DNA from: Bacillus subtilis subsp. subtilis str. 168
GTDB taxonomy: Bacteria; Bacillota; Bacilli; Bacillales; Bacillaceae
Length of the DNA: 32,000 nucleotides
Assembly: GCF_000009045.1 (NCBI RefSeq)
Contig: NC_000964.3
Span: 300,001 to 332,000, forward strand
Reading direction: 5' to 3'
Of this stretch, positions 9,292 through 19,184 are shown one piece after another; within the stretch, counting starts at the first letter, position 1; each line of letters begins with the position of its first letter. The position numbers and the translations under genes are program-made. The notes under the pieces were generated by a model. That model saw only the letters and a program-made list of their open reading frames with translations. It was not told the DNA's origin and did not search any database.

Positions 9292-9346
9292 GATAGTGTG
9301 CGCCGGAGGGGTGCACACTATTTCTTTGTGAGAAAGGAAGATTAAC

Positions 9347-10842
<1,496 letters not shown>

Positions 10843-10846
10843 CATG

Positions 10847-10880
10847 AAAAGCAGTTTTCCCTAGGGAAAACTGCTTTTTT
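10847..10880. terminator. Terminator between znuB and the convergent yceB (likely bidirectional)
   Basis: AAAAGCAGTTTTCCC-tag-GGAAAACTGCTTTTTT. Confidence 0.9.
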
Positions 10881-11875
10881 TATAGAAACAATTCGGCAAG
10901 GCGCTCATAAGATTCTTTTTTCGCCTCAAAATCAAACACATTGCACAGAACCATGATTTCATTTGTTTCGTAGCAGCCTGTGAGGTCTAACAGCTGTTGT
11001 TTGACAGTGGTGGGAGAACCGATCACCATCCGCTTTCTGTTTTCTTCTATGAGTTTTTTATCGGACGCTGTATAGGGATGAGCTTTCGCTTCCTCGATGC
11101 TTGGCACGCGGCTGTCCAAGCCTTTTCCGACGCGAAGAAGCCACAGATCCTGGCTTAATGCGAGTTCTTCTGCCTCTTCATCTGTTTTTGCGCAAATGAC
11201 AAAAATCGTAAACAGTGCGGATGGATTCGAAAAATGGGCTGAGGGCCGAAAGCTTTCCCGGTAGATGCGGAATGCATTTTCTCCTCGCTCGGGATTAATG
11301 AAATGCCCAAATACATATCCAATCCCCTGGTGCGCCGCGCGTCTTGCGCTGTTTTCACCAAGACCGAGCACCCATAGCTCGGGTGCCGTACCAATAAGGG
11401 GCGCCGCTTTGATTCCGGCATACGGATGGTCGGGAGGAAGGGAATCTGTTAGAAAATAAGAGACATCCTGCAGCTGTCTGTTAAATTCGGTTAAGCTTTT
11501 TTTCACCCCGTCCGTTAATGCAAGTCTGGTTTTTGTCGTGCCGCCGGGGGAGCGACCGACGCCGAGGTCAATCCGGTTTGGATACAGGGCCTCAAGCTGG
11601 CGAAAGGTTTCAGCCACTTTAAATGGGCTGTATTGGGGCAGAAGCACGCCGCCTGATCCGACACGAATGGTGTTTGTCTGTGCTGCGATGCGGGCGATCA
11701 TGATTTCAGGCGCTGTGCTTGCCAGTCCTTTCGTGCTGTGATGCTCGGCAAACCAATAACGCTTATAGCCCCACTGTTCGCTTAATTGGGCAAGCTCAAC
11801 CGAATGCTGGAGAGTTGTCACAGGGCTTTCTCCTTTAGAAACAGGTGCCTGATCAAGTATGCTTAAATGAATCAA
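10880..11875 (-). CDS. yceB: YceB, luciferase-like (LLM) flavin-dependent monooxygenase family protein
   Basis: Family sequence LSILDQAPVSKGESPVTTLQHSVELAQLSEQWGYKRYWFAEHH. An AAAGGAAG SD sits 7 nt before TTG at 11875; the track start at 11926 lacks a better SD. Confidence 0.88.
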   Translation of the reverse strand: MIHLSILDQAPVSKGESPVTTLQHSVELAQLSEQWGYKRYWFAEHHSTKGLASTAPEIMIARIAAQTNTIRVGSGGVLLPQYSPFKVAETFRQLEALYPNRIDLGVGRSPGGTTKTRLALTDGVKKSLTEFNRQLQDVSYFLTDSLPPDHPYAGIKAAPLIGTAPELWVLGLGENSARRAAHQGIGYVFGHFINPERGENAFRIYRESFRPSAHFSNPSALFTIFVICAKTDEEAEELALSQDLWLLRVGKGLDSRVPSIEEAKAHPYTASDKKLIEENRKRMVIGSPTTVKQQLLDLTGCYETNEIMVLCNVFDFEAKKESYERLAELFL

Positions 11876-12045
11876 AAGGCCGCTTCCTTTCTGTCTGTTT
11901 TTAGATGGTGACACCAGAATAGGCAAAATGACTTGCCCGCGTCAAATGGTTTGTTTAAGAAGCGCACTTTATAGCATTTGCAAATCATATATCAAATATG
12001 GAAGTTTTTTTTCGAGGTTTTTCGTCAATTATTCTTAACTTTTAC

Positions 12046-12071
12046 GAAACTTTGATATAATAACAAACGTA
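12046..12071 (+). promoter_or_regulatory. Candidate ECF-sigma (SigW/X/M-type) promoter of the yceC-H operon
   Basis: GAAAC-N17-CGTA at 12046-12050 and 12068-12071, with an A/T-rich spacer, about 90 nt upstream of yceC. Confidence 0.65.
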
Positions 12072-12158
12072 TATATTAGTAATTTACGGCTTATTTTCCT
12101 TGTGAGCGTAAAAATAAATGTGACTATCTTCACATTTTGATGAGTAGGAGTGAATCGT

Positions 12159-12758
12159 GTGGCAATTTCTTTAGAAAAAGGTCAACGAATTGATTTAACA
12201 AAAGGAAAAGCCGGTCTGTCAAAATTGATGGTCGGTCTCGGCTGGGACCCAGTGTCCTCAGGCGGAGGATTCTTCAGCAAACTGCTTGGCGGAGGCGGTC
12301 CGAATATCGACTGTGACGCTTCAGTGCTGATGCTGGAAAACGGAAAATTCACCGATAAGAAAAACCTGATTTATTTCGGCAACCTGAAAAGCCGCTGCGG
12401 CGGTGTACAGCATACAGGCGACAACCTGACGGGTGACGGTGCGGGCGATGACGAGCAAATTATGATAGATTTAGATAAAGTGCCTGGAAACATCGATAAG
12501 CTTGTATTTGTAGTGAACATTTACGATTGTGTCAGAAGAAAACAAGATTTCGGCATGATTCAAAATGCGTTTATCCGCGTAGTTGATCAATCTAATCACG
12601 AGGAAATGCTCAAGTACAATTTGAGAGACAATTACGCCGGCAGAACAAGCCTGATTACAGCAGAAATCTACCGCAGCGGCAGTGAGTGGAAGTTTGCGGC
12701 GGTCGGTGAAGGCACAAACGATACGAGATTAGAAGATATTATCAGTCGATACGTATAA
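12159..12758 (+). CDS. yceC: YceC, TerD-family stress protein
   Basis: [30 protein letters not shown] plus DNLTGDGAGDDE. SD TAGGAG sits ahead of GTG 12159, which is preferred over 12150. Confidence 0.93.
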   Translation: MAISLEKGQRIDLTKGKAGLSKLMVGLGWDPVSSGGGFFSKLLGGGGPNIDCDASVLMLENGKFTDKKNLIYFGNLKSRCGGVQHTGDNLTGDGAGDDEQIMIDLDKVPGNIDKLVFVVNIYDCVRRKQDFGMIQNAFIRVVDQSNHEEMLKYNLRDNYAGRTSLITAEIYRSGSEWKFAAVGEGTNDTRLEDIISRYV

Positions 12759-12779
12759 AAGAAAAGGAGTGGATGAAAC

Positions 12780-13361
12780 ATGACAATTTCATTGGCAAAA
12801 GGACAAAAAGTAGATTTAACAAAAACAAATCCGGGTCTTTCAAAGGTTGTTGTCGGTTTAGGCTGGGATACGAACAAGTATGACGGCGGGCACGACTTTG
12901 ATCTTGACTCAAGTGTGTTTCTGTTAGACGCCGCGGGCAAATGCGCGTCACCAAACGACTTTATTTTCTACAACCAGCTTGAAGGCGGCAACGGTTCAGT
13001 CGTTCATTCAGGCGACAACCTGACTGGTGCTGGCGAAGGCGACGATGAGAATGTAAAAGTAAATCTCAGCGCTGTACCGGCAAACATTGATAAAATCTCA
13101 TTTGTTATTACCATTCACGATGCAGAAGCGCGCAGCCAAAACTTTGGACAAGTATCAAACGCGTTTGTCCGCATCGTAAATGAAGAAACAAATGAAGAGC
13201 TCATCCGTTACGATCTTGCAGAAGATTTCTCTATTGAAACGGCAATCATTGCAGGGGAGCTTTACAGACATAACGGCGAGTGGAAATTCTCAGCAATCGG
13301 CTCAGGCTACCAAGGCGGCCTTGCCCGCATTGCAACAGACTACGGTTTGCAAGTCGGTTAA
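12780..13361 (+). CDS. yceD: YceD, TerD-family stress protein
   Basis: 193 aa; [43 protein letters not shown]. Tandem paralogue with SD AAAGGAG. Confidence 0.95.
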   Translation: MTISLAKGQKVDLTKTNPGLSKVVVGLGWDTNKYDGGHDFDLDSSVFLLDAAGKCASPNDFIFYNQLEGGNGSVVHSGDNLTGAGEGDDENVKVNLSAVPANIDKISFVITIHDAEARSQNFGQVSNAFVRIVNEETNEELIRYDLAEDFSIETAIIAGELYRHNGEWKFSAIGSGYQGGLARIATDYGLQVG

Positions 13362-13395
13362 GACAAATACGAAGAGCAGAAAGGAGAGAGGCAGT

Positions 13396-13974
13396 ATGGC
13401 CATTCAATTATCAAAAGGACAGCGCATTGATTTAACAAAAACAAATCCGGGACTGACTAAAGCGGTGATCGGCTTAGGCTGGGATACAAACAAGTACTCC
13501 GGCGGACACGATTTTGACCTGGATGCTTCGGCCTTTTTAGTTGATGCGCATGATAACTGCGTAAATGATCTCGATTTCGTCTTCTATAATAACCTTGAAC
13601 ATCCGAGCGGCGGTGTCATCCATACGGGTGACAACCGCACGGGTGAGGGCGACGGAGATGATGAGCAGATTATCGTTGATTTCTCAAAAATCCCTGCTCA
13701 CATTGAGAAAATCGGCATCACAGTGACCATTCACGACGCTGAAGCACGCAGCCAAAACTTTGGACAAGTTTCCAATGCATTTGTCCGCGTTGTGGATGAA
13801 GAAACGCAGAATGAGCTTCTTCGCTTCGATTTGGGAGAAGACTTCTCCATTGAAACAGCTGTTGTCGTTTGTGAGCTTTACAGACACGGCGGCGAGTGGA
13901 AATTCAATGCAATCGGCAGCGGATTTTCCGGCGGGCTGGCTGCATTGTGCCGGAATTACGGTTTGCAAGTGTAA
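13396..13974 (+). CDS. yceE: YceE, TerD-family stress protein
   Basis: [43 protein letters not shown], 192 aa from ATG 13396 with SD AAAGGAG. The track start at 13180 lies inside yceD. Confidence 0.95.
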   Translation: MAIQLSKGQRIDLTKTNPGLTKAVIGLGWDTNKYSGGHDFDLDASAFLVDAHDNCVNDLDFVFYNNLEHPSGGVIHTGDNRTGEGDGDDEQIIVDFSKIPAHIEKIGITVTIHDAEARSQNFGQVSNAFVRVVDEETQNELLRFDLGEDFSIETAVVVCELYRHGGEWKFNAIGSGFSGGLAALCRNYGLQV

Positions 13975-14024
13975 GCGAGTGACAAATAGAGAAGTCACCG
14001 TTTCAAATTATAGGAGGAAAAAAC

Positions 14025-14798
14025 TTGGACTTTTTACATCATATTTTGTCTACGTATGCTTCATTTTTCGATTGGAAAATGTGGGGGGAAGTTCTGACTG
14101 ATCCTGTTTCCTGGGGTTTGATCGGTTCCCTTGTTGTTCTGGAAGGCCTTTTATCGGCCGATAACGCGCTTGTTCTTGCGGTCATGGTTAAACACCTGCC
14201 GGAAAAACAGCGGAAAAAAGCGTTAACGTATGGTTTGTTTGGAGCTTATATTTTCAGGTTTATTTTCATCGGGCTCGGTATGCTTCTCATTAAATTCTGG
14301 TGGATCAAGGTGCTTGGCGCGCTTTACCTGGCTTGGCTCGTCATTAAGCACTTCTGGATAGGCGAAAAAGAAGAGGAAGCGGACGGCATGAAGAAAAACT
14401 CTTGGATGGTCCGCACGTTCGGGATCTTCTGGGCGACTGTCATTTCAGTAGAATTAATGGATCTTGCCTTCTCTGTGGACAGCATCCTGGCCGCGTTTGC
14501 AGTATCTGAAAAAGTATGGGTGCTTCTGATTGGCGGTATGCTTGGTATTTTAATGATGCGTACAGTGGCAAAAGTGTTCCTTGTGCTGATTGATAAAATT
14601 CCTGAGCTGGAAAACACAGCATTCGTCTTAATCGGCATTATCGCGCTGAAAATGGCGGGGAGCGCTTTCCATTACGAAATGCCGCACTCTGTATTCTTCA
14701 TTATCATTATCGCTGCATTTGCGGTAACATTGATCATTCACTACATCAATAAACAAAAGCAGGTGCGCGAACAAACAGCCGCTTCAAAAGAAGAATAA
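14025..14798 (+). CDS. yceF: YceF, TerC-family integral membrane protein (proposed manganese exporter family)
   Basis: 257 aa multi-pass ORF, TTG start with SD AGGAGG; family segments GLLSADNALVLAVMVKHLP and VELMDLAFSVDSILAA. Confidence 0.94.
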   Translation: MDFLHHILSTYASFFDWKMWGEVLTDPVSWGLIGSLVVLEGLLSADNALVLAVMVKHLPEKQRKKALTYGLFGAYIFRFIFIGLGMLLIKFWWIKVLGALYLAWLVIKHFWIGEKEEEADGMKKNSWMVRTFGIFWATVISVELMDLAFSVDSILAAFAVSEKVWVLLIGGMLGILMMRTVAKVFLVLIDKIPELENTAFVLIGIIALKMAGSAFHYEMPHSVFFIIIIAAFAVTLIIHYINKQKQVREQTAASKEE

Positions 14799-14882
14799 AA
14801 CAAAACAAGGAGGGAGGTTCAATGTCCTTCCTTTTTTGTTACCGAAATATCGTTTCAATGACAAACCGGAAAGGAGGATATG

Positions 14883-16496
14883 ATGAGACAAGAAGAACTA
14901 ACCATTCATAAAGCACTTCCGGCTGATGGCGATTGGAAAAGCCTGCTGTTTCAGCCATTGCCGGAGCGGGATCACTATGAAACTGCACAAGGCCTTTCTT
15001 TTTCTCGTCTTGCCGGTCAGATATTGGGCACGCCTATTGATGAGACGGACTACTATAACGAGCTGTATGAGCTGTCTGTAAACGACCGCATAACGATTTT
15101 GAGTGAAACGCTTGATAAAACAATCGAACCGGAAACATTTCAAAAGCTTCAGCATATTCATTCCATCAATCAGAAAGAAAAAGGGCTGTCAGTCAGCCGC
15201 TTTGTTGCCTTTCTGGACGGGGAAAAGCTGATTGCGAAGCACTCAAATCCCTTGATGCACCGCCATTTAAGAAAAGCGTTGATGACGCTTTTACATACCT
15301 TTGCGGACAGTCATGAAAAGGGGCTGAATCATCCTGATTTTCGCAGAGTGCTGCTTGATGTCTCGAAGTTTTCCTTAAACCATCTGAACCCTTGGCTGGA
15401 AAAAACCGATATAGAGCGGGAGATGCCGAAGGTTGTTTGGTATGGAGATGCGACGAAAAGCCAGCTCTATTTCTTATATTATCTGATGCTGGTCGGCTGT
15501 GATGTACTGCTGTTCCATCCGGCGGGAACGGATCAGCTGGCGCTTGTCGACCCGAAGCAGGAGCTCGGTTTTACGGAAAAGCTCCCGGATGTTTCGGAGC
15601 TTCAGCCGTTTCCGAAAGAAAAACCAGACCGGAAATCAACAGTGGCTTACCGCTCAACAAAGGAAATTGAACATGTGCTGAATCACGAGGAATCCATGCT
15701 ATATAAGCCGTGGCAGTTCAGAGATCACACACCGGTGTCCGTTACGCTGAAAACGACCTATGATGAATTGTTTTTAATCACGAAAGAACGCGCCTTTATT
15801 CGGCCGAATTTCAAAGCTGATAAACATTCCATTGAGATTCCGAATGTATTCGCCAAAATTATGGGCGTGTCGAAAGACAATAAGGAATATTGGAACAGGC
15901 TTCATACTCTAGCGGATTATCAGGAAACAGAAATGGTCAGAAGCTTTCCATTTACAGAAGAAATAAAGTCGAACTATCAATTTCACTACAGCCACGCACT
16001 TGATCAAGAAGGGAACATTGATCCGGACAAGCTGATGGCAAGCAATGTGTGGCAGTACAAACAGCTGCCGGCGGGCGTTCAGACTGCCATTGCCAAAACG
16101 ATTTCGAGAATGTGCAGGTACCCGCGGCTTAAAGCCTTGCATCAGGAACAAGTCAAGGATGTTCAAATCTATTTGTTTAAACAAACAACAAACCTGCCTG
16201 CTAATCTGCTGAAATTGATTCAAATGTTCGACTATGCGCAAACCGTTCCGAAACTCGTTTTATATCATACGGAAATGAGCGGCGGACTCACGCGTTCGGA
16301 TGCTGCCGCCCTGCTGTTCCTGAATGAAATCGGAATCGATATCATCATTTATAATCCGCCCGGACACCAAGATATTGAGCAGTTTATTGAAGAGGATCAG
16401 TATGATATCCACTGGCTGGATGACATGGTGTTTCAGCAGGACTACAAAGAGCCTTCGCTTGTGAAAAGGCTCTTCAGAACCATTACCCAAAAATAA
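14883..16496 (+). CDS. yceG: YceG, conserved protein of the yce Ter operon, function unclear
   Basis: About 537 aa ORF (MRQEELTIHKALPADGDWKSLLFQPLPERDHYE...) with SD AAAGGAGG, between the TerC- and TelA-family genes. Confidence 0.9.
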   Translation: MRQEELTIHKALPADGDWKSLLFQPLPERDHYETAQGLSFSRLAGQILGTPIDETDYYNELYELSVNDRITILSETLDKTIEPETFQKLQHIHSINQKEKGLSVSRFVAFLDGEKLIAKHSNPLMHRHLRKALMTLLHTFADSHEKGLNHPDFRRVLLDVSKFSLNHLNPWLEKTDIEREMPKVVWYGDATKSQLYFLYYLMLVGCDVLLFHPAGTDQLALVDPKQELGFTEKLPDVSELQPFPKEKPDRKSTVAYRSTKEIEHVLNHEESMLYKPWQFRDHTPVSVTLKTTYDELFLITKERAFIRPNFKADKHSIEIPNVFAKIMGVSKDNKEYWNRLHTLADYQETEMVRSFPFTEEIKSNYQFHYSHALDQEGNIDPDKLMASNVWQYKQLPAGVQTAIAKTISRMCRYPRLKALHQEQVKDVQIYLFKQTTNLPANLLKLIQMFDYAQTVPKLVLYHTEMSGGLTRSDAAALLFLNEIGIDIIIYNPPGHQDIEQFIEEDQYDIHWLDDMVFQQDYKEPSLVKRLFRTITQK

Positions 16497-16511
16497 GGAG
16501 AGAAGAAAAGC

Positions 16512-17603
16512 ATGACAACAGAAAATCAAAATCCGCTTGTTCTCGATAAAAATGAAGAGATTTCCCAGCAAAAAGCTGACGATATCCGTCTTCAGCTCCG
16601 TCAGGAACCAGAAGTGAAGCGGCTTGCTCAACAAATTGACGTCAAAAACCAAATGGAGCTGCTTGAGTACGGCAAGGAGCCGGCCGTTGAAATATCCAAG
16701 TTCTCTGACCGCATCTTGGGGATGATGAAAACAACAAGCGTGACAGACTCCGGCACAATGCTGACTCAGCTTGGGAAAATCATGGACCGCTTCGACAAAA
16801 ATGATTTTGATGAGCCAAAGGGATTAATGGCGAAAATTTTCAAACGCGGCGGCAGCATGATTGAAAAAATCTTTAAAAAGTATCAGACGCTTGGCGGAGA
16901 GATTGAAAAAATCCACGTTGAGATTTCAAAATACAAAGATGAGATGACGAAGACGAACTACACGCTCGATGAAATGTATGAAAACAATATCAAATACTAT
17001 ATGGAGCTTGAAAAATACGTCGTTGCCGGGCAGATGAAACTGGAAGAGATGCAGTCGATCCTTCCTTCATATGAGGAAAAAGCGGCAAGCGGGAACCAGC
17101 TGGCGCAAATGCAGCTCGATACGTTGCGCAACGGCATTCAGGCGCTTGAGGAACGGGTGTATGATCTTGACATGGCACGGATGGTGGCGCTTCAAACCGC
17201 ACCTCAAATCCGTCTCCTGCAGCGAGGAAATGCAAAGCTGATCGGGAAAATCAACTCCGCGTTTATCATTACCATTCCGATTTTCAAAAACGGCATTATT
17301 CAGGCTGTTACGGTAAAGCGGCAAAAGCTTGTGGCTGATTCCATGAGCGAGCTTGACCGCCGGACAAACGAGATGCTGAAACGAAATGCTGAAAACATCT
17401 CGAGCCAAAGTGTTGAAATTGCGAGAATGGCCGGCAGACCGAGCATAGATATTGAAACGATTGAATCGTCTTGGAACACGATTGTCAGCGGCATGCAGGA
17501 AACAAAACAAATCGAAGAAGAAAACAAGCGCCTCCGCGAAGACGGCGCGAGACGAATTGCCCAGCTTCAGGATAATATTAAAAAAGCAGCATTGCAGCAA
17601 TAA
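16512..17603 (+). CDS. yceH: YceH, TelA-family (toxic anion resistance) protein
   Basis: 363 aa largely helical ORF; RIDxE-like start and family segment SDRILGMMKTTSVTDSGTMLTQLGKIMDRFD. Confidence 0.93.
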   Translation: MTTENQNPLVLDKNEEISQQKADDIRLQLRQEPEVKRLAQQIDVKNQMELLEYGKEPAVEISKFSDRILGMMKTTSVTDSGTMLTQLGKIMDRFDKNDFDEPKGLMAKIFKRGGSMIEKIFKKYQTLGGEIEKIHVEISKYKDEMTKTNYTLDEMYENNIKYYMELEKYVVAGQMKLEEMQSILPSYEEKAASGNQLAQMQLDTLRNGIQALEERVYDLDMARMVALQTAPQIRLLQRGNAKLIGKINSAFIITIPIFKNGIIQAVTVKRQKLVADSMSELDRRTNEMLKRNAENISSQSVEIARMAGRPSIDIETIESSWNTIVSGMQETKQIEEENKRLREDGARRIAQLQDNIKKAALQQ

Positions 17604-17607
17604 TAAA

Positions 17608-17638
17608 AACCCCGCTTGTGGAACATAAGCGGGGTATT
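17608..17638 (+). terminator. Rho-independent terminator of the yceC-H operon
   Basis: CCCCGCTTgtggaacatAAGCGGGG; the T tract is weak (tattt). Confidence 0.8.
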
Positions 17639-17665
17639 TCAATTACATCATTTAGTTAATGACAA

Positions 17666-17686
17666 TGTGTAAAGACAGGTGTAAAC
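17666..17686 (+). promoter_or_regulatory. Candidate NiaR operator upstream of niaP
   Basis: TGTGTAAAGACAGGTGTAAAC: two GTGTAAA copies 12 nt apart, just upstream of a predicted niacin transporter. The NiaR motif match is from memory. Confidence 0.35.
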
Positions 17687-17724
17687 TTAAACGGTAATCA
17701 TTTTGCATATCAGAGGTGTTGGCA

Positions 17725-18927
17725 ATGGGAAAACAACAGCCTATATCCCAGCGTAAACTGCTGGGCGTCGCCGGTTTGGGGTGGCTGTTTGATGCAATGG
17801 ATGTCGGAATATTATCGTTTATTATCGCCGCGCTCCATGTAGAGTGGAATCTGTCGCCCGAAGAAATGAAATGGATCGGAAGCGTCAATTCCATCGGCAT
17901 GGCTGCGGGTGCGTTTTTGTTTGGTTTGCTTGCTGATCGAATCGGCCGCAAAAAAGTGTTCATCATCACCCTTTTATGCTTTTCCATCGGAAGCGGCATT
18001 TCCGCTTTTGTGACGAGCTTATCGGCATTTCTAATCCTTCGTTTCGTGATTGGTATGGGACTTGGCGGCGAGCTTCCAGTCGCTTCAACACTCGTTTCGG
18101 AAGCGGTTGTGCCTGAAAAGCGGGGCAGAGTGATTGTGCTTTTGGAAAGCTTTTGGGCCGTGGGCTGGCTCGCAGCGGCCTTGATTTCTTACTTTGTGAT
18201 ACCAAGCTTCGGCTGGCAGGCTGCCCTTCTGTTAACTGCGCTGACTGCTTTTTATGCGCTGTACCTGCGGACGAGTCTACCTGATTCGCCGAAATATGAA
18301 TCGCTTTCTGCCAAAAAGAGGTCGATGTGGGAGAATGTAAAAAGCGTCTGGGCAAGACAGTATATACGGCCGACGGTGATGCTGTCGATCGTTTGGTTCT
18401 GTGTGGTGTTTTCTTATTACGGCATGTTCCTATGGCTCCCGAGTGTCATGCTGCTGAAAGGCTTCAGCATGATTCAAAGCTTTGAATATGTCCTGCTGAT
18501 GACGCTTGCTCAGCTACCTGGCTATTTCTCTGCCGCATGGCTGATTGAAAAAGCGGGCCGGAAGTGGATACTCGTCGTTTACTTGATTGGCACAGCAGGA
18601 AGCGCCTATTTCTTCGGAACGGCGGATTCCTTAAGTCTTCTGCTTACGGCTGGAGTGCTGTTATCGTTTTTCAATCTCGGTGCGTGGGGCGTGCTGTATG
18701 CTTATACCCCGGAGCAATACCCGACTGCGATTCGAGCAACAGGTTCAGGAACGACAGCAGCGTTTGGAAGAATCGGCGGCATCTTCGGGCCTTTGCTCGT
18801 CGGAACCCTGGCAGCCCGTCATATTTCGTTTTCGGTCATCTTTTCAATCTTTTGCATTGCAATCTTACTTGCGGTTGCTTGTATTTTGATTATGGGGAAA
18901 GAAACGAAACAAACTGAGCTAGAATAG
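17725..18927 (+). CDS. niaP: NiaP (YceI), MFS niacin transporter
   Basis: 400 aa 12-TM MFS ORF; GWLFDAMDVGILSFIIAAL, GLLADRIGRKKVF, GMGLGGELPVASTLVSE. Confidence 0.92.
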   Translation: MGKQQPISQRKLLGVAGLGWLFDAMDVGILSFIIAALHVEWNLSPEEMKWIGSVNSIGMAAGAFLFGLLADRIGRKKVFIITLLCFSIGSGISAFVTSLSAFLILRFVIGMGLGGELPVASTLVSEAVVPEKRGRVIVLLESFWAVGWLAAALISYFVIPSFGWQAALLLTALTAFYALYLRTSLPDSPKYESLSAKKRSMWENVKSVWARQYIRPTVMLSIVWFCVVFSYYGMFLWLPSVMLLKGFSMIQSFEYVLLMTLAQLPGYFSAAWLIEKAGRKWILVVYLIGTAGSAYFFGTADSLSLLLTAGVLLSFFNLGAWGVLYAYTPEQYPTAIRATGSGTTAAFGRIGGIFGPLLVGTLAARHISFSVIFSIFCIAILLAVACILIMGKETKQTELE

Positions 18928-18928
18928 G

Positions 18929-18956
18929 AAAAGCACCTCTTAAAAGAGGTGCTTTC
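18929..18956 (+). terminator. Terminator downstream of niaP
   Basis: AAAAGCACCTCT-taaa-AGAGGTGCTTTC. Confidence 0.85.
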
Positions 18957-19138
18957 AGCGTGTCGACAAACCCTCGCATTCGTTGTCAGGACTGCGCTTC
19001 GGTGCTCAATGCGAAGTGGATCAACGGCTAAATTCTCAGGCGTCCTGCCTAAACGCCGTCGTCATCACATCCTGTGAATGTCCGCTCCTATGCTCGTCCT
19101 TCCTAGACTTCAAGGGTTTTCAATCACGCTGAAAAGAT
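18952..19138. repeat. About 186 bp structured intergenic element with imperfect terminal inverted repeats
   Basis: Left end TTTCAGCGTGtCGACAAACCCT and right end AGGGTTTTCAAtCACGCTGAAA are imperfectly inverted. No convincing ORF; bounded by near-identical hairpins. Size and location fit the ~190 bp repeat family described for the B. subtilis genome. Confidence 0.7.
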
Positions 19139-19153
19139 TTTGTCAACAATCTG

Positions 19154-19184
19154 AGGCACCTCTTGAATGAGGTGCTTTTTTACA
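19154..19184. terminator. Terminator hairpin downstream of yceJ / right of the element
   Basis: GGCACCTC-ttgaat-GAGGTGCTTTTTT, near-identical to the niaP terminator. Confidence 0.8.

Noticed and set aside
13180-13395. 5' extension of the yceE ORF overlapping yceD
   Set aside because: It is out of frame within yceD. TerD homology and a proper SD begin at 13396.
16260-16652. 130 aa minus-strand ORF across yceG/yceH
   Set aside because: Antisense shadow ORF covering two co-directional genes and the intergenic SD.
17652-17999. 115 aa minus-strand ORF at the niaP 5' end
   Set aside because: Antisense to the niaP N-terminus and promoter region, with no recognisable domain.
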